A DNA stretch of 64,000 nucleotides from Candidatus Binatia bacterium. GTDB taxonomy: Bacteria > Desulfobacterota > Binatia > HRBIN30. The DNA lies in contig JBEKBJ010000003.1 in assembly GCA_050015455.1 (NCBI GenBank), positions 36,202 through 100,201 on the forward strand. Direction: 5' to 3'. The translations under genes and the position numbers were made by a program. Each line of letters opens with the position of its first letter. The stretch's first letter is position 1. Below the pieces are notes generated by a model. The model ran no database searches. It had not been told where the DNA came from and worked only from the letters and a program-made list of their open reading frames with translations. Positions 42,423 to 52,600 of the stretch are shown here, piece after piece.

Positions 42423-44297
42423 ATGAGAACGGGGGCAATGGGCGTGAAGGCGATCGCTTGCGTGATTACCATCGTGGCAATCGTGTCGGCGCAGCAGGCG
42501 AGGGCGGGGGTTTATCCCACCAATACGTGTGTGGGCGCCAAGATGACCGCCGCCGCTGCATACTGCCAGAGTACTCTCAAGGCCTGGAGTACTTGGGAGA
42601 AGAAACAGGACGACGCCAAACGTGTCGCAGCTGTGGGCAAAGCTGCGACGAAGTTGGGCGAGAGTTGGACAAAGGCTGAAGAGAACGCCACAAAGAAAAG
42701 CGTCGACTGCGCCCAAACGACGCTTTCCTCGACGGATTTGCAGTCCCTGGTGGACGCCACGGTGGCGGGTATCGCGGGTATCAAAGATGAAATCAACGGC
42801 GGCCTTGACCTCGGCAACAAGGACAACGCCAAGTGCGGTTCGAAGCTGCTCAGCGCTGCGGCCAAGAAGTGCGCCGCCATGCTCAAAGCAGAGAGCAAGT
42901 ACATAAAAGCGCTGGCCAAGGATCCGACCGGCACGGCCCGTGATGCGGCAACAACGGCGGCCACCCAAGCGTTCTCCGACGCGTGGAACAAGGCTACGGC
43001 AGGCACCTGCCCCACGACCGCGACCAAGGATGGCATCGAGGACGAAATTGACGACCTCAACGACGAGGTGGTGACGGATACAACGGTGTCGCCGAACGTG
43101 GACGATACACAGTTCACGACGATTACGCCGACAAATCCCACTCAGTACCTCGGCACGTCGCTGCAACCGGTCTGCAAGGATGGCTCGTCGCCGTATGCGT
43201 TCTTCGTGAAGCGCGGGTCGGTGAACAAGCTGCTGATGTACTACCAGGGCGGCGGCGCCTGCTGGGACGAGGTCACGTGTGGTGGTACTTCTTTGACTGG
43301 ATATCAGGCCCTGTGCGATACGACTGTGGATCCGAGCGGCAGCGACAATCCCAACGATGCCGTCAATCACTACGGCTTCGGTGACTTGTCCAACTCCTCG
43401 AACCCGTTCAAGGACTGGAACATCGTGTTCGTGTCGTACTGCAGCTGCGATATTCACTACGGCGATGCGGAGCAAGACTATGACAACTACGACGGCACGC
43501 CGATTCACGTTGTGCACCATGGCTTCCACAACGCCAAGGTGGCGGAGAAATGGGCGCGCGAGCACTTCGTCAACCCGGAGATGGTTTTCGTGACCGGCTC
43601 CAGCGCGGGCTCGTACGGCGCACTCTTCAACGCGCCGTTGCTCGAGAAAGTGTGGCCCGCTTCCCAGTTCCGCGTCCTCGGAGATGCAGGAAACGGGGTG
43701 ATTACTCAAGATTTCCTGTTGAACGAATTCCCCAACTGGAACTTCAGTGCGAACCTGCCCAAGTACATTCCCGGGGTAATCGGGTCGTTCTCGGGTGATA
43801 ATCCTACCGGCATGGTGGGGTACATTGAGGCCGTCGCCGCGTACTTTCCCAACACGAACTGGGCACACTACGCCACGGCGTTCGACGGAGGCATGGGGGG
43901 CCAGACCGGCTTCTATCACGTGATGGTCAATCAGTCGAGGATCTTCGATTGGCCGAACTGGTGGGAGTCGAGCTGCGACTGGAACCAACTCATGGTTCAG
44001 CAAGCCAACGACACTTATGGAGCGGTTGCGGCCGGAACCAAGAACTACCACTACTACATCGGCACCGGCTCGCGGCACACGATGTGGGGAAGCAACAAAG
44101 TTTACACCGACACCACGGGTGGCGTTCAGCTCATCGTTGATTGGATCAATGACATGCTGACAGGTGGGCCGGGTTGGGGGAACGTCCAGGCCAGTCCCTT
44201 CAACCTCCTGCTGTCGGGCGACCCGCAGCCTAGTCCGCTGGTGGAACCCTTCGAATCGTCCGATGGCGGTGTCACTGTCACAGTGAACTGCCCGTAG
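42423..44297 (+). CDS. Secreted serine hydrolase of the pectin-acetylesterase/Notum-like family, with an N-terminal Lys/Ala-rich helical region
   Basis: AAGGAGGG RBS and a signal peptide. [28 protein letters not shown] and [13 protein letters not shown] (GxSxG) resemble the PAE-family oxyanion and nucleophile regions. Confidence 0.5.
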   Translation: MRTGAMGVKAIACVITIVAIVSAQQARAGVYPTNTCVGAKMTAAAAYCQSTLKAWSTWEKKQDDAKRVAAVGKAATKLGESWTKAEENATKKSVDCAQTTLSSTDLQSLVDATVAGIAGIKDEINGGLDLGNKDNAKCGSKLLSAAAKKCAAMLKAESKYIKALAKDPTGTARDAATTAATQAFSDAWNKATAGTCPTTATKDGIEDEIDDLNDEVVTDTTVSPNVDDTQFTTITPTNPTQYLGTSLQPVCKDGSSPYAFFVKRGSVNKLLMYYQGGGACWDEVTCGGTSLTGYQALCDTTVDPSGSDNPNDAVNHYGFGDLSNSSNPFKDWNIVFVSYCSCDIHYGDAEQDYDNYDGTPIHVVHHGFHNAKVAEKWAREHFVNPEMVFVTGSSAGSYGALFNAPLLEKVWPASQFRVLGDAGNGVITQDFLLNEFPNWNFSANLPKYIPGVIGSFSGDNPTGMVGYIEAVAAYFPNTNWAHYATAFDGGMGGQTGFYHVMVNQSRIFDWPNWWESSCDWNQLMVQQANDTYGAVAAGTKNYHYYIGTGSRHTMWGSNKVYTDTTGGVQLIVDWINDMLTGGPGWGNVQASPFNLLLSGDPQPSPLVEPFESSDGGVTVTVNCP

Positions 44298-44526
44298 CGA
44301 ACTTCGGTCGCCGCGGTACCGCGACGAAATTGCCCCGGGCCGCGACTATTGGGGGGGAGCACCGTTCCCCCCCAAGAAAACCAGGCGAAACGCCGAGCGT
44401 TCCCTTGAGGGCGGGAGCAGTGCTCTCGCCCTCAACGCAAGCGCCCGCTGGTACGACAGCCCCCCCCTAGCTACTAGCTATCCGGCTGGTTGTGACAGGC
44501 GCCACATTACAGCTACAGTGGGGCAC

Positions 44527-46398
44527 ATGAACCCATATCGTAGCCGTATCACCACCCAGGGCCGCACCATGGCCGGGGCACGAGCCTTGTGGCGCGCCAC
44601 CGGCATGAAGGATGCCGATTTCAACAAGCCCATCATCGCCATCGCCAACAGCTTCACCCAGTTCGTTCCCGGACACGTGCACCTGCACGACGTCGGCCAA
44701 CGCGTGAAGCAGGTGATAGATGCTGCCGGCGGTTACGGCGCCGAGTTCAACACCATCGCCATCGACGACGGCATCGCCATGGGACACGGCGGCATGCTCT
44801 ACTCGCTGCCCAGCCGCGATTTGATCGCCGACAGCGTCGAGTACATGGCCGAGGCCCACGTCGCCGACGCGCTCCTGTGCATCTCGAACTGCGACAAGAT
44901 AACACCGGGCATGCTCATGGCCGCCATGCGGCTCAACATCCCGACGATCTTCGTCTCCGGCGGGCCGATGGAAGCGGGCACCTCGGTTGGAACGCACGAC
45001 GCGCAGGGGCAACCGCTGAAGATCGATCTGATCGATGCCATGGTTGCCGCCGGTGACAGCGCTGTCGCCGACGAACGGCTGCTCGAGATGGAGCGCTCTG
45101 CCTGTCCCACTTGCGGCTCGTGTTCCGGTCTCTTCACCGCCAACAGCATGAATTGCCTCAACGAAGCGCTGGGCTTGGCCTTGCCCGGTAACGGCACACT
45201 GCTGGCGACACACAAGATGCGCTGGTCGCTGTTCGAGGAGGCCGCGCGCCAGATCGTGGCGCTGGCTCGCCGCTACTACGTCGATGGCGACAGCAGCGTC
45301 CTGCCCCGCAGCATCGCCACTTCCGAAGCCTTCGAGAACGCGATGACGCTGGACATCGCCATGGGGGGCTCGACCAATACCGTTTTGCACCTGCTCGCCA
45401 TCGCCCACGAGGCCGGCGTGCCTTTCACGATGCAGGACATCGATCGGCTGTCACGGCGCGTCCCCAACATTTGCAAGGTGGCGCCGTCTTCGAGCTACCA
45501 CGTCGAGGACGTGAGCCACGCTGGCGGCATCTTCACCATTCTCGGCGCGCTCGACCGCGCCGGACTCGTGCATCGCGAGGTGCGCACCGTGCACGCGGCC
45601 ACGCTCGGCGAGGGCATCGACGCCAACGACATTCGCCGATCTACCGCCACCAAAGCGGCGCAGCAGCGGGCGCTGGCGGCGCCGGGCGGGGTGCGTACGA
45701 CCGAGGCGTTCTCGCAGGACAAGTACTACGCCGCGGCCGACGCCGATACGGTCAACGGCTGCATCCGTGAGGTCGAGCATGCGTACAGCGCCGACGGCGG
45801 CCTTGCCGTGCTCTACGGCAACCTGGCCGAGGACGGCTGCATCGTGAAGACGGCCGGCGTTGATGAATCGATCTGGCACTTCGAGGGTCCGGCACGCATC
45901 TTCCACTCGCAGGAGGCGGCGTGCGAGGCGATCCTCAAGGACCGCATCAAGCCTGGCGACGTCGTCGTGATCCGCTACGAGGGGCCGAAGGGCGGACCAG
46001 GCATGCAGGAGATGCTGTACCCGACCTCGTACATCAAAGCGAAGAACCTCGGGAAGGTGTGCGCTCTGATCACTGACGGTCGCTTCAGCGGCGGCACCTC
46101 GGGGCTCAGCCTCGGTCACGTCTCGCCCGAAGCGGCTGAAGGCGGCACCATCGGCCTGGTCGAGGAAGGTGATCGCATTCGCATCGACATCCCCAACCGG
46201 CGCGTCGACGTGCTCATTGACGCGCCGATGCTCAAGGCGCGCCGCCTGGAGATGCTGGCGCGCGGCGCCAACGCCTGGAAGCCAGTCGGCCGCCACCGCG
46301 AGATTTCACGCGCGCTGCAGGCGTACGCGCTCCTGACCACCAGCGCCGCGCGCGGCGCCGTGCGTGACGTCGAACAGGTGAGCGGCGCTCGCAGGTGA
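44527..46398 (+). CDS. ilvD: Dihydroxy-acid dehydratase
   Basis: [12 protein letters not shown] and SGGPMEAG motifs, and the IlvD/EDD family C-terminus. Confidence 0.92.
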   Translation: MNPYRSRITTQGRTMAGARALWRATGMKDADFNKPIIAIANSFTQFVPGHVHLHDVGQRVKQVIDAAGGYGAEFNTIAIDDGIAMGHGGMLYSLPSRDLIADSVEYMAEAHVADALLCISNCDKITPGMLMAAMRLNIPTIFVSGGPMEAGTSVGTHDAQGQPLKIDLIDAMVAAGDSAVADERLLEMERSACPTCGSCSGLFTANSMNCLNEALGLALPGNGTLLATHKMRWSLFEEAARQIVALARRYYVDGDSSVLPRSIATSEAFENAMTLDIAMGGSTNTVLHLLAIAHEAGVPFTMQDIDRLSRRVPNICKVAPSSSYHVEDVSHAGGIFTILGALDRAGLVHREVRTVHAATLGEGIDANDIRRSTATKAAQQRALAAPGGVRTTEAFSQDKYYAAADADTVNGCIREVEHAYSADGGLAVLYGNLAEDGCIVKTAGVDESIWHFEGPARIFHSQEAACEAILKDRIKPGDVVVIRYEGPKGGPGMQEMLYPTSYIKAKNLGKVCALITDGRFSGGTSGLSLGHVSPEAAEGGTIGLVEEGDRIRIDIPNRRVDVLIDAPMLKARRLEMLARGANAWKPVGRHREISRALQAYALLTTSAARGAVRDVEQVSGARR

Positions 46399-46471
46399 CG
46401 CGTTGCGTGCGCGTCCCATCGTGAGAGAATAATCCGAGTCGAGGATGATACGAACGTGTTCGATCGGTGTG

Positions 46472-47272
46472 TCAAGGCTGCTGTAGACGCGCAGCCAAGG
46501 TGTCGGCCATCAGCCGGTGCAGCCGCCCGTTAGACGCAAGGGTTTGCTGTCCGAAAAGATCGAAGGGCCCGCCCCGAAAATCGCTGATGCTGCCGCCCGC
46601 CTCCTCGACGAGCAGCGCACCTGCCGCCGTGTCCCATGGCTTGAGTTTCCATTCCCAAAACCCGTCGAGACGGCCGCACGCGACGTACGACAGATCGAGC
46701 GCCGCCGAGCCACTGCGGCGCACGCCCTGCGCGCGAACCATGAAGTCGGTGAGGAAGCGGAGATAAAAGTCGAGGTGCTCGCGACGGTCGTACGGAAAGC
46801 CGGTGCCGATGAGCGCTTGCTCGATGTCGTCGGTCGCCGAGACCCGAATGGGCGCGTCGTTCAGCGTCGCGCCGAGGCCGCGGCGGGCACAGAAGGTCTC
46901 TCTGCGCACCGGATCGTGCACGATCCCTAGCAACAGCTCGCGGCCACGCGCCAGCGCCAGCGAGACGGCAAACTGCGGATACCCGTGCGCGAAGTTGATG
47001 GTGCCGTCTAGTGGATCGAGGTACCAAACGTAGCGCTCGTCCGGCGGACGCTGAAGCGCGCAGCCGGCCGAGGCCTCCTCGGCCACGATGAGATGATCCG
47101 GAAAGGCGCGTCGCAGTTCCGCTGTCAGCAGCGCCTCGATCTCACGATCGGTCTCGGTGACGATGTCGACAACACCCTTATGCTCGACGATCTTCGCCTC
47201 ACCCCATGCCGCCCGCAGGCGCTCGCCGGCTTCGGCCACCAAAGTGCGCGCAAGATGCTCGAACCCGTCCAT
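46472..47272 (-). CDS. Inositol monophosphatase family protein (SuhB-like)
   Basis: WYLDPLDGTINFAHGYP and the WDTAAG motifs. Confidence 0.85.
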   Translation of the reverse strand: MDGFEHLARTLVAEAGERLRAAWGEAKIVEHKGVVDIVTETDREIEALLTAELRRAFPDHLIVAEEASAGCALQRPPDERYVWYLDPLDGTINFAHGYPQFAVSLALARGRELLLGIVHDPVRRETFCARRGLGATLNDAPIRVSATDDIEQALIGTGFPYDRREHLDFYLRFLTDFMVRAQGVRRSGSAALDLSYVACGRLDGFWEWKLKPWDTAAGALLVEEAGGSISDFRGGPFDLFGQQTLASNGRLHRLMADTLAARLQQP

Positions 47273-47422
47273 ATCATTGACCGTCCCACATCGGATCGAG
47301 CCGGGCAAGCCGCGGCCGACTGGCCTCGTTGCGCCTGATGCAGTTGTTTTGTTGCGTAACTCCGGTTACAAGAAACCGTCCGAATCACCCCCTACCTTGA
47401 ACGAGATAGCAGGAGCACGAAG

Positions 47423-49978
47423 ATGATCGAGAAATACCAGAAGCACGTAGCCGAGCGGGCCGCGCAGGGCATTCCGCCGCTTCCCCTCAATCCAGAGCAG
47501 ACCGAGCAACTGTGCGGGTTGCTCACATCACCCCCGGCGGGGCAGGAGAAGCTGCTGTTGGATCTGTTCGAGAACCGTGTGCCGCCGGGAGTTGATCCGG
47601 CCGCCAAAGTCAAAGCCGCCTTCCTCGGGCAGGTCCTGAAAGGGACGGCTCGGAGCCCTCTGGTTTCCAAGGCCCGTGCCGTCGAGATCCTCGGCACCAT
47701 GCTCGGTGGTTACAACGTCGAGCATCTGATCGCGGCCTTGCAGGACGCCGAGGTCGCAGATGCTGCCGTCAAGGCGCTCTCCCGCACCACCCTGGTCTAC
47801 GACGCGTTCAACCAGGTCGAGAAGCTTGCCAAGGCCAACGGGGCGGCAAAGAAGGTTCTCGAATCATGGGCAGCGGCCGAGTGGTTCACCTCGCGGCCCG
47901 AGCTGCCCGTCGAAATCAAGGTGAAGGTTTTCAGGGTGGACGGCGAGACCAACACCGACGATTTCTCGCCCGCCAGTGACGCGTCGACCCGTCCCGACAT
48001 TCCGCTGCACGCGCTGGCGATGGGCAAGACGCGCTTTCCCGGCGGCATCGACACCATGGCCGAGTGGCGTAAGGCCGGCGCTCGCGTGGCCTTCCTCGGC
48101 GACGTGGTCGGCACCGGCTCGTCGCGCAAATCAGCCTGCAACAGCGTCCTCTGGCACATCGGCGAAGACATCCCGGCGGTGCCCAACAAGCGCCGCGGCG
48201 GCGTGATCATCGGCGGCGCCATCGCCCCCATCTTCTTCAACACCGCTGAGGACTCCGGCGGTCTTCCCCTCGTCGCCGACGTGACCGGCATCGGCTCGGG
48301 TGACGAGGTCACGATCGACACGCGAGAGGGCACGATCACCTCGGGGTCAGGCCAAGTCGTTTCGCGATTCAAGATCAGCCCGAACACGCTGCCCGACGAG
48401 TTCCGCGCCGGCGGCCGCATCCCGCTGATTATCGGCCGCGCGCTCACCGCCAGAGCGCGCGCGGCGCTCGGGATGGGCGAGACCGACGTCTTCCGCAAGA
48501 CCGAGAACCCCAAACCCAAGCCTGGCCAGGGTTACACGCAGGCGCAGAAGATCGTGGGCAAGGCAGCCGGTCTGCCGGGCGTGCTGCCGGGCAGCGCGTG
48601 CGAGCCCAAGATGACCACGGTGCTATCGCAGGACACGACGGGGCCGATGACGGCCGACGAGCTTAAGGAACTCGCCTGCCTCAGGTTCCAGAGCCCGCTC
48701 TTCTTGCAGTCGTTCTGCCACACCGCCGCCTACCCCAAACCGGCAGACGTGAAGATGCACCAGACGTTGCCGCCCTTCATCGCCGAGCGCAAAGGCGTCG
48801 CGCTACGGCCGGGCGATGGCGTCTGCCACAGTTGGATCAACCGGCTGCTGGTGCCCGATACCGTAGGCACCGGTGGCGACTCGCACACCCGCTTCCCGAC
48901 CGGCATCTCGTTCCCGGCGGGCTCCGGGCTGGTCGCCTTTGCCGGCGCGCTCGGCTTCATGCCGCTCGACATGCCCGAGTCGGTTCTGGTGCGCTTCTCG
49001 GGCGAGTTTCGCTCCGGCATTACCTTGCGCGACGCGGTGAACGCCATCCCGCTGTGGGCGATAAAAAAGGGCTTATTGACGGTACCCAAGAAGAACAAAA
49101 AGAATATCTTCAACGGTCGCATCCTCGAGATCGAGGGCCTGCCGAACCTCACGGTGGAGCAGGGCTTCGAGCTCACCGATGCGGCCGCCGAGCGCTCGGC
49201 GGCTGCCGGCTGCATCCAACTCTCCGAGGAATCGGTCAAGACCTTCCTGCGTTCCAGCGTCGCCCTCATCCGGCGCATGATCGAGGACGGCTATCAGGAC
49301 GCCGAGACGCTGGAGAAGCGCGCCAAAGCCATCGAGGCATGGCTGGCGAATCCGCAGCTGCTCAAGGCGGATGCTAACGCGGAGTACGCCGCGGTGATCG
49401 ACATCGATCTCAGCGAGATCACCGAGCCGATCGTCGCCTGCCCCAACGATCCCGACGATGTCAAGGTACTATCCGAGGTGGCCGGGACGCCGATCCAAGA
49501 CGTCTTCCTTGGTTCGTGCATGACCAACATCGGTCACTTCCGCGCCGCAGCGAAGATCTGGGAGGGCCACAAGCACAACCCGGCAACACGAACATATATT
49601 TGCCCGCCGACGCGGATGGACCAGGCCAAGCTCAAGAGCGAGGCCTACTTTGCACTGTTCAACGCGATCGGGGCACGCATCGAGACGCCCGGGTGCTCCC
49701 TCTGCATGGGCAACCAGCTGCGCGTTCCGGCCGGGGTGACCGTATTCTCCACCTCGACGCGCAACTTCGACAACCGCATGGGTGACGGCGCGAAGGTTTT
49801 CCTCGGCTCTGCCGAGCTGGGCGCGGTCACAGCGATACTGGGCAAGCTCCCGACGCCGGCGCAGTACCTCGCCGAGTTTGAGAGCCGTGTCGCCCCGCAC
49901 CGGGACGAGGTTTACAAGTACCTGCAGTTCGACGAACTCGGTCGCTTCGACGCCATCTACAACCGGCGCGATCTGTAA
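47423..49978 (+). CDS. acnB: Aconitate hydratase B (bifunctional aconitase 2 / 2-methylisocitrate dehydratase)
   Basis: The AcnB-specific N-terminal HEAT-like domain followed by a swivel domain and the aconitase catalytic domains, about 851 aa in total. Confidence 0.9.
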   Translation: MIEKYQKHVAERAAQGIPPLPLNPEQTEQLCGLLTSPPAGQEKLLLDLFENRVPPGVDPAAKVKAAFLGQVLKGTARSPLVSKARAVEILGTMLGGYNVEHLIAALQDAEVADAAVKALSRTTLVYDAFNQVEKLAKANGAAKKVLESWAAAEWFTSRPELPVEIKVKVFRVDGETNTDDFSPASDASTRPDIPLHALAMGKTRFPGGIDTMAEWRKAGARVAFLGDVVGTGSSRKSACNSVLWHIGEDIPAVPNKRRGGVIIGGAIAPIFFNTAEDSGGLPLVADVTGIGSGDEVTIDTREGTITSGSGQVVSRFKISPNTLPDEFRAGGRIPLIIGRALTARARAALGMGETDVFRKTENPKPKPGQGYTQAQKIVGKAAGLPGVLPGSACEPKMTTVLSQDTTGPMTADELKELACLRFQSPLFLQSFCHTAAYPKPADVKMHQTLPPFIAERKGVALRPGDGVCHSWINRLLVPDTVGTGGDSHTRFPTGISFPAGSGLVAFAGALGFMPLDMPESVLVRFSGEFRSGITLRDAVNAIPLWAIKKGLLTVPKKNKKNIFNGRILEIEGLPNLTVEQGFELTDAAAERSAAAGCIQLSEESVKTFLRSSVALIRRMIEDGYQDAETLEKRAKAIEAWLANPQLLKADANAEYAAVIDIDLSEITEPIVACPNDPDDVKVLSEVAGTPIQDVFLGSCMTNIGHFRAAAKIWEGHKHNPATRTYICPPTRMDQAKLKSEAYFALFNAIGARIETPGCSLCMGNQLRVPAGVTVFSTSTRNFDNRMGDGAKVFLGSAELGAVTAILGKLPTPAQYLAEFESRVAPHRDEVYKYLQFDELGRFDAIYNRRDL

Positions 49979-50026
49979 CCTGACAGTCGGGAGTGAGCAA
50001 CCGTCGGGCGGCCGGGAACTGAGCGT

Positions 50027-50125
50027 TCACCCCCCCACGGGTCTTGCGCGCATCCATATCAGCGCGTTGTTCACGGCCGTGAGGATCTCGTCGACGGTGA
50101 CATGGCCGTCGTGGCTCCAGTACCT
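50027..50125 (-). pseudogene. Short remnant of a paralogous dockerin-repeat C-terminus (...HDGHVTVDEILTAVNNAL...)
   Basis: The DNA is about 80% identical to 50760-50830 over 65-70 bp. Its - strand translation matches a dockerin second repeat, but no upstream ORF exists. Confidence 0.35.
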
Positions 50126-50177
50126 GGGCCATGCCGCTGCGTGGCTCCGATCGGAGGGTGAGCGTGGCAAGTTCCAC

Positions 50178-50411
50178 TTACACCGTGTCGAGGACGCGGT
50201 GGTATTCGTCGGGAGTCACGCCGATTTCTCGTAGGATTTCGCGAATCAGCGGCCGAGCCAACTCCCGGCCCGGATGATGCGGGATGGAGGTGCCGCGCCC
50301 GTCCGGGTGGCGATAAAAGGCGTGGCTTCCCTTCTGACGACTCTTCTGAAACCCAAGCGCGAACAGCACGCGCTCCAATGTGGCCGCATCAACAATGCGC
50401 AGGCGGCTCAT
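50178..50411 (-). CDS. hicA: HicA-family mRNA interferase toxin
   Basis: GSHAFYRHPDGRGTSIPHHPGRELARPLIREILREIG resembles the HicA/YcfA fold. The gene overlaps the hicB stop by 4 nt (ATGA). Confidence 0.75.
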   Translation of the reverse strand: MSRLRIVDAATLERVLFALGFQKSRQKGSHAFYRHPDGRGTSIPHHPGRELARPLIREILREIGVTPDEYHRVLDTV

Positions 50412-50638
50412 CGCTCCAGTTCAAGCTCGTGGACGCCATAAAAGCTGGGGAACTCGGTGAGGCCACGGCTCTCGGCCTCTTCGAGGCACAGTTCGACCAC
50501 CTCGCGAACGTTCCGCTCAAGTTCGTCAAGCGTTGCCGCCTGCGTGTGGGCTCCGGGAAGTGTCGGGACGGTGGCGACGAACATGCCGCTCTCGTCATCA
50601 CGTTCAATGATGACGGGGAACCGATACCGTTTGGCCAT
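50408..50638 (-). CDS. hicB: HicB-family antitoxin (N-terminal RNase H-like fold only, no obvious DNA-binding domain)
   Basis: FPVIIERDDESGMFVATVPTLPGAHTQAATLDELERNVREVVELCLE is a UPF0150/HicB N-domain pattern. Start set at MAKRYRF. Confidence 0.7.
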   Translation of the reverse strand: MAKRYRFPVIIERDDESGMFVATVPTLPGAHTQAATLDELERNVREVVELCLEEAESRGLTEFPSFYGVHELELER

Positions 50639-50752
50639 GCGCACCTCCGACTCGCCACCTATAGCACATCCGATCGCACGTTGCGCTCTGCGTGCCTGAT
50701 AAGCATTTAGCCGAACCGCGCGTCCCTGACACCCGGCACCTGACACCGCGTG

Positions 50753-51371
50753 CTACCCGCATCCCTCCAGCGCGTGGTTCACGGCGGTGTGGATCTCATC
50801 CACGGTGATCTGGCCGTCGTGGTTTGCGTCCCCTGCGAAGCAGCCATCGATATTCGCGTTCCCCAGGGCAACATCCACCATTGTCAGCAGCTCGCTTACG
50901 GTTACAGTCCCATCCCCGTTACAGTCGCCCGCGCATGGGGCTACTGGCAGGTCCAACGCAAAGGTTGCCTCGTTGTTGCTACGATCAACGTCCGCCACGA
51001 CGCCCGCGTCATCTGCCGTCACTGTAATATAGTTGCTCCGGGCTCGTCAGCGTTCCGGGCGCGAGGCTGAGCGCAAGTTGCGCCAGAGCGCCGGCATCGA
51101 GGGCGGGGACGATCGTCGTCGTGATCGGTGAACCGGATGTGCCGGCGTAGCGAATGGCCAGCGTGGACGAGGGCGCTGCCGGCGCGCAGTTGTTGACGAC
51201 CTGCACGATCACACTTGCCGACCCGTCCGCTTGCACGGAGCGCGTGAGAATGGTCACCGCGAGGTCGGTCCCGCCGACGTTCACGGACAAGCGGTTGTTG
51301 GCCGGATTGAAGTCGCTGATCGTACCGTCCGGATCGATGACCGCAAAGAGCGTGTTGGGTGCCGGCACCAC
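50753..51371 (-). pseudogene. 5'-truncated, frameshifted gene fragment: beta-rich domain followed by a complete dockerin-like double repeat
   Basis: Two overlapping frames are present. 51371-51009 encodes ...VIDPDGTISDFNPANNRLSVNVGG... 51022-50753 encodes GDCNGDGTVTVSELLTMVDVAL...GDANHDGQITVDEIHTAVNHAL. Only about 40 nt separate it from the upstream gene's stop. Confidence 0.55.
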
Positions 51372-51413
51372 CCAGGCCGCCGGAGAGCTTCCACGCGGCG
51401 CGGTCCTCTGCGG

Positions 51414-51914
51414 TCAGCGTTTCTTCCGCTGGTTGACGAGACGCGCCAGGAAGGCACGGTCGAGCTTGTCCTTGTCGCGGTACGTGTCCTTCATCCGCAG
51501 GAGCAGCTCGGGGTTGGCGAACGGGATGGGGACGCCGTCGACCTCGACGAGGTCTACGTGCCGGCTGGCCTCTTCGTAAGCGATTCCGCACGCCGCCTTC
51601 ATGAGGTCGACAACGATCTCATCGGCCACGCGCACCACGGCGTAGCGGCCAAGATCGTCGGGCGCCACGTCACGGACGGCCTGATCCTGGAGCTTCAGCA
51701 GTGCCCGCCGCACCCGCTCTTGATTCGCCGGGGAGATGTCGATCAGCAGGTCGATGTCGCCCGTGGCCCGCGGGAAGCCGGCCTGAATGACGGCCATCCC
51801 GCCAATGACCACGTAGGCTGCACCCGCCGCGTTCAGGTCTCGGCAGAGAGCCACAAGGTCCTCTAGGAGCGGGGGGCGTGCTTCCGGGGCCTCGTCAGCA
51901 TCGTCAGGGACCAT
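51414..51914 (-). CDS. Small nucleotidyltransferase-fold protein (Lnu/ANT(2'')-like minimal NTase)
   Basis: AYVVIGGMAVIQAGFPRATGDIDLLID resembles the hG[GS]...D.D NTase motif of lincosamide/aminoglycoside nucleotidyltransferases. The Arg-rich N-terminal extension of the longer ORF is discounted. Confidence 0.5.
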   Translation of the reverse strand: MVPDDADEAPEARPPLLEDLVALCRDLNAAGAAYVVIGGMAVIQAGFPRATGDIDLLIDISPANQERVRRALLKLQDQAVRDVAPDDLGRYAVVRVADEIVVDLMKAACGIAYEEASRHVDLVEVDGVPIPFANPELLLRMKDTYRDKDKLDRAFLARLVNQRKKR

Positions 51915-52105
51915 GCGTCGCTCTCTTCGAAACTCGCGAAGCGATACACTCCCTTGGGGATGAACGGCTTGTCGCCGCGGAGCCGCAAAGCGATCTCCAG
52001 CAGACCCGCGGCGGCGGCGAGCCCGCCTCGCCACCTTCGCCGTCCGACAACCTTCATGGGCAGCTCGTCGCTTGGAAGCGCGGTTCGTCGCCAGTCGACC
52101 ATCAT
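51863..52105 (-). CDS. Hypothetical small protein upstream of and overlapping the NTase gene; possible cognate partner
   Basis: 80-aa ORF ending ...FIPKGVYRFASFEESDAWSL.... It overlaps the NTase start by about 50 nt in another frame. Confidence 0.3.
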   Translation of the reverse strand: MMVDWRRTALPSDELPMKVVGRRRWRGGLAAAAGLLEIALRLRGDKPFIPKGVYRFASFEESDAWSLTMLTRPRKHAPRS

Positions 52106-52600
52106 GTCGAATGCATAGTATCACACGCCCGCCAAGTCGAGCTAGAAGCCCGGATCATTCATGCATCGATCGACTGCGAGCGCGAAATGGACGGCCGGGC
52201 GGCCGAGGCGGAACGTGAGGAGCATCTCCGCTGTCCACCGGCCGATGCCGATGTGGTCGAGGATGAGTTCGATGGGCCGTCAGGCCGCGACTCGGCGCGC
52301 GCGCAGCTCGGCCACCAGTTCCAAGTCGGGTGCCGTCGCGGTCGCCTCACTTCTCCAGATCAACCGGTCTTGCTGAGTTTGACGCTCTTCTCTGCGATGC
52401 CGGCGAGCGCCGACTGGCAGAGGAGCTTGCCAACAAGAAGAGACAGGGAGACTCCGGCAAGAGATTCGGGCTCTGGATGCACGTCCCGGTGTCGTCTTCC
52501 CCACTTTGCAAGAGAGATGATGAAACGAGCGCGCCGGCAGGATCATCAGCCCGTGCCCGGATCTTGCTTGGAAGCCTGTTGCTTGCTGTCCGCGACGCTG

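Noticed and set aside
42393-44078. 561-aa - strand ORF
   Set aside because: It is antisense to the secreted esterase gene, which has an RBS, a signal peptide and catalytic motifs on the + strand.
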